DNA of 64,000 nucleotides from Spirochaetia bacterium (lineage in GTDB: Bacteria; Spirochaetota; Spirochaetia; SZUA-6; Bin103). A model generated the notes under the pieces. That model saw only the letters and a program-made list of their open reading frames with translations, ran no database searches and had not been told where the DNA came from. The stretch spans positions 4,420,042 to 4,484,041 of the forward strand of contig OZ253572.1 of NCBI GenBank assembly GCA_965262935.1. Reading direction: 5' to 3'. How positions within the stretch are numbered: the stretch's first letter is position 1; each line of letters begins with the position of its first letter. Positions 63,546-64,000 of the stretch are shown here, one piece after another. A program made the position numbers and the translations under genes.

Positions 63546-64000
63546 ATGAACGTGATCTGGGTGTTCGGCGACGCGCATCGGGCTCAGGCCTTGAGCTACC
63601 GCGGCGACCCCAACGTCAGTACGCCGAACATCGACAGCCTGGCGCGCAGGGGCGTTCGCCTCGACTCCGCCGTGGCCGGCGCGCCGTGGTGCTCGCCGTT
63701 CCGTGCCGCCCTCCTGACCGGGCTCTATCCGCATCAGTGCGGCGTGGTGCAGATCCCGCAACGGCTCGATCCGTCCATCCCGACCATCACCGGGCCCCTC
63801 CGGCAGGCCGGTTACCACACCGCATTCGTAGGCAAGTGGCACCTCGACGGCTTCGACGAGCACACCCACTACGTGCCGCCCGAACGCCGCGGCGGCTTCG
63901 ACTACTGGATGGGCTACGACAACAACAACAACCAGGAGGAGTGCTTCGTGTTCGGGACCGGACACGAATCGCCGCGCCGGCTCCCCGGCTACGAAACCGA
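63546..64000 (+). CDS. sulfatase (3' end outside window)
   Basis: MNVIWVFGDAHRAQAL..., TPNIDSLARRGVRL, the CSPFRAALLTG (CxPxR) formylglycine motif, and GKWHL. The ORF is open to the window end. Confidence 0.8.
   Translation, partial: MNVIWVFGDAHRAQALSYRGDPNVSTPNIDSLARRGVRLDSAVAGAPWCSPFRAALLTGLYPHQCGVVQIPQRLDPSIPTITGPLRQAGYHTAFVGKWHLDGFDEHTHYVPPERRGGFDYWMGYDNNNNQEECFVFGTGHESPRRLPGYET

Noticed and set aside
62178-63965. Upstream ~600 codons of the 718-aa ORF 61809-63965 (minus)
   Set aside because: Only the last ~122 codons look like a real (permease) sequence. The rest runs antisense through SBP and sulfatase coding sequence and is Arg/Gly/Pro-rich.
1-64000. Search for tRNA/tmRNA genes (T-loop GGTTCGAATCC-type motifs) as island integration sites, and for rRNA
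   Set aside because: No convincing cloverleaf or T-arm consensus was found by eye. The only GTTCGA-type strings lie within coding sequence (for example 16715, 25503). A tRNAscan-SE/Infernal run would be decisive.

Overview
High-G+C bacterial segment: hand-counted lines are about 65-78% G+C in native genes and about 50% in one island. I saw no rRNA, tRNA or CRISPR array. Positions 0-22 kb are ordinary metabolism: nucleoside phosphorylase, acetoacetate decarboxylase-like, a TPP enzyme, an Ldh_2 oxidoreductase, a lactonase, a transketolase-like enzyme, two aminotransferases, an SDR, SixA, an ADP-ribosylglycohydrolase, and an R2-like diiron protein with an SCP2 partner. From about 22.6 kb onward the window is a heavily rearranged accessory and decaying landscape. 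It holds two paralogous DUF222-HNH units that share a conserved upstream region, a roughly 4.3-kb Mu/Tn552-like four-gene transposon with 15-bp inverted repeats and flanking GCTAAA direct repeats, and a complete IS21 element nested in a second, truncated IS21 that had disrupted an oppD-like gene. There are also at least six toxin-antitoxin modules or remnants (HigBA, three VapC, YefM, DUF2283/DUF4258), PDDEXK nucleases, and about 20 gene fragments or pseudogenes, including several decayed peptide ABC transporter operons. Two observations stand out. (1) A redoxin/peroxiredoxin-like gene (8947-9498) is interrupted only by an in-frame TGA at the position of the catalytic Cys, with a hairpin 13 nt downstream, so it is a candidate UxxC selenoprotein. 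(2) A roughly 3.5-kb low-G+C island (58.2-61.7 kb) carries a tightly coupled 3- or 4-gene operon (58387-60301). I recognise no domain in it. It sits beside a DUF4238 pseudogene, a VapBC pair and a PDDEXK nuclease, which makes it a candidate uncharacterised defence or TA-like system. All family assignments come from motif recognition by eye, not from database searches.
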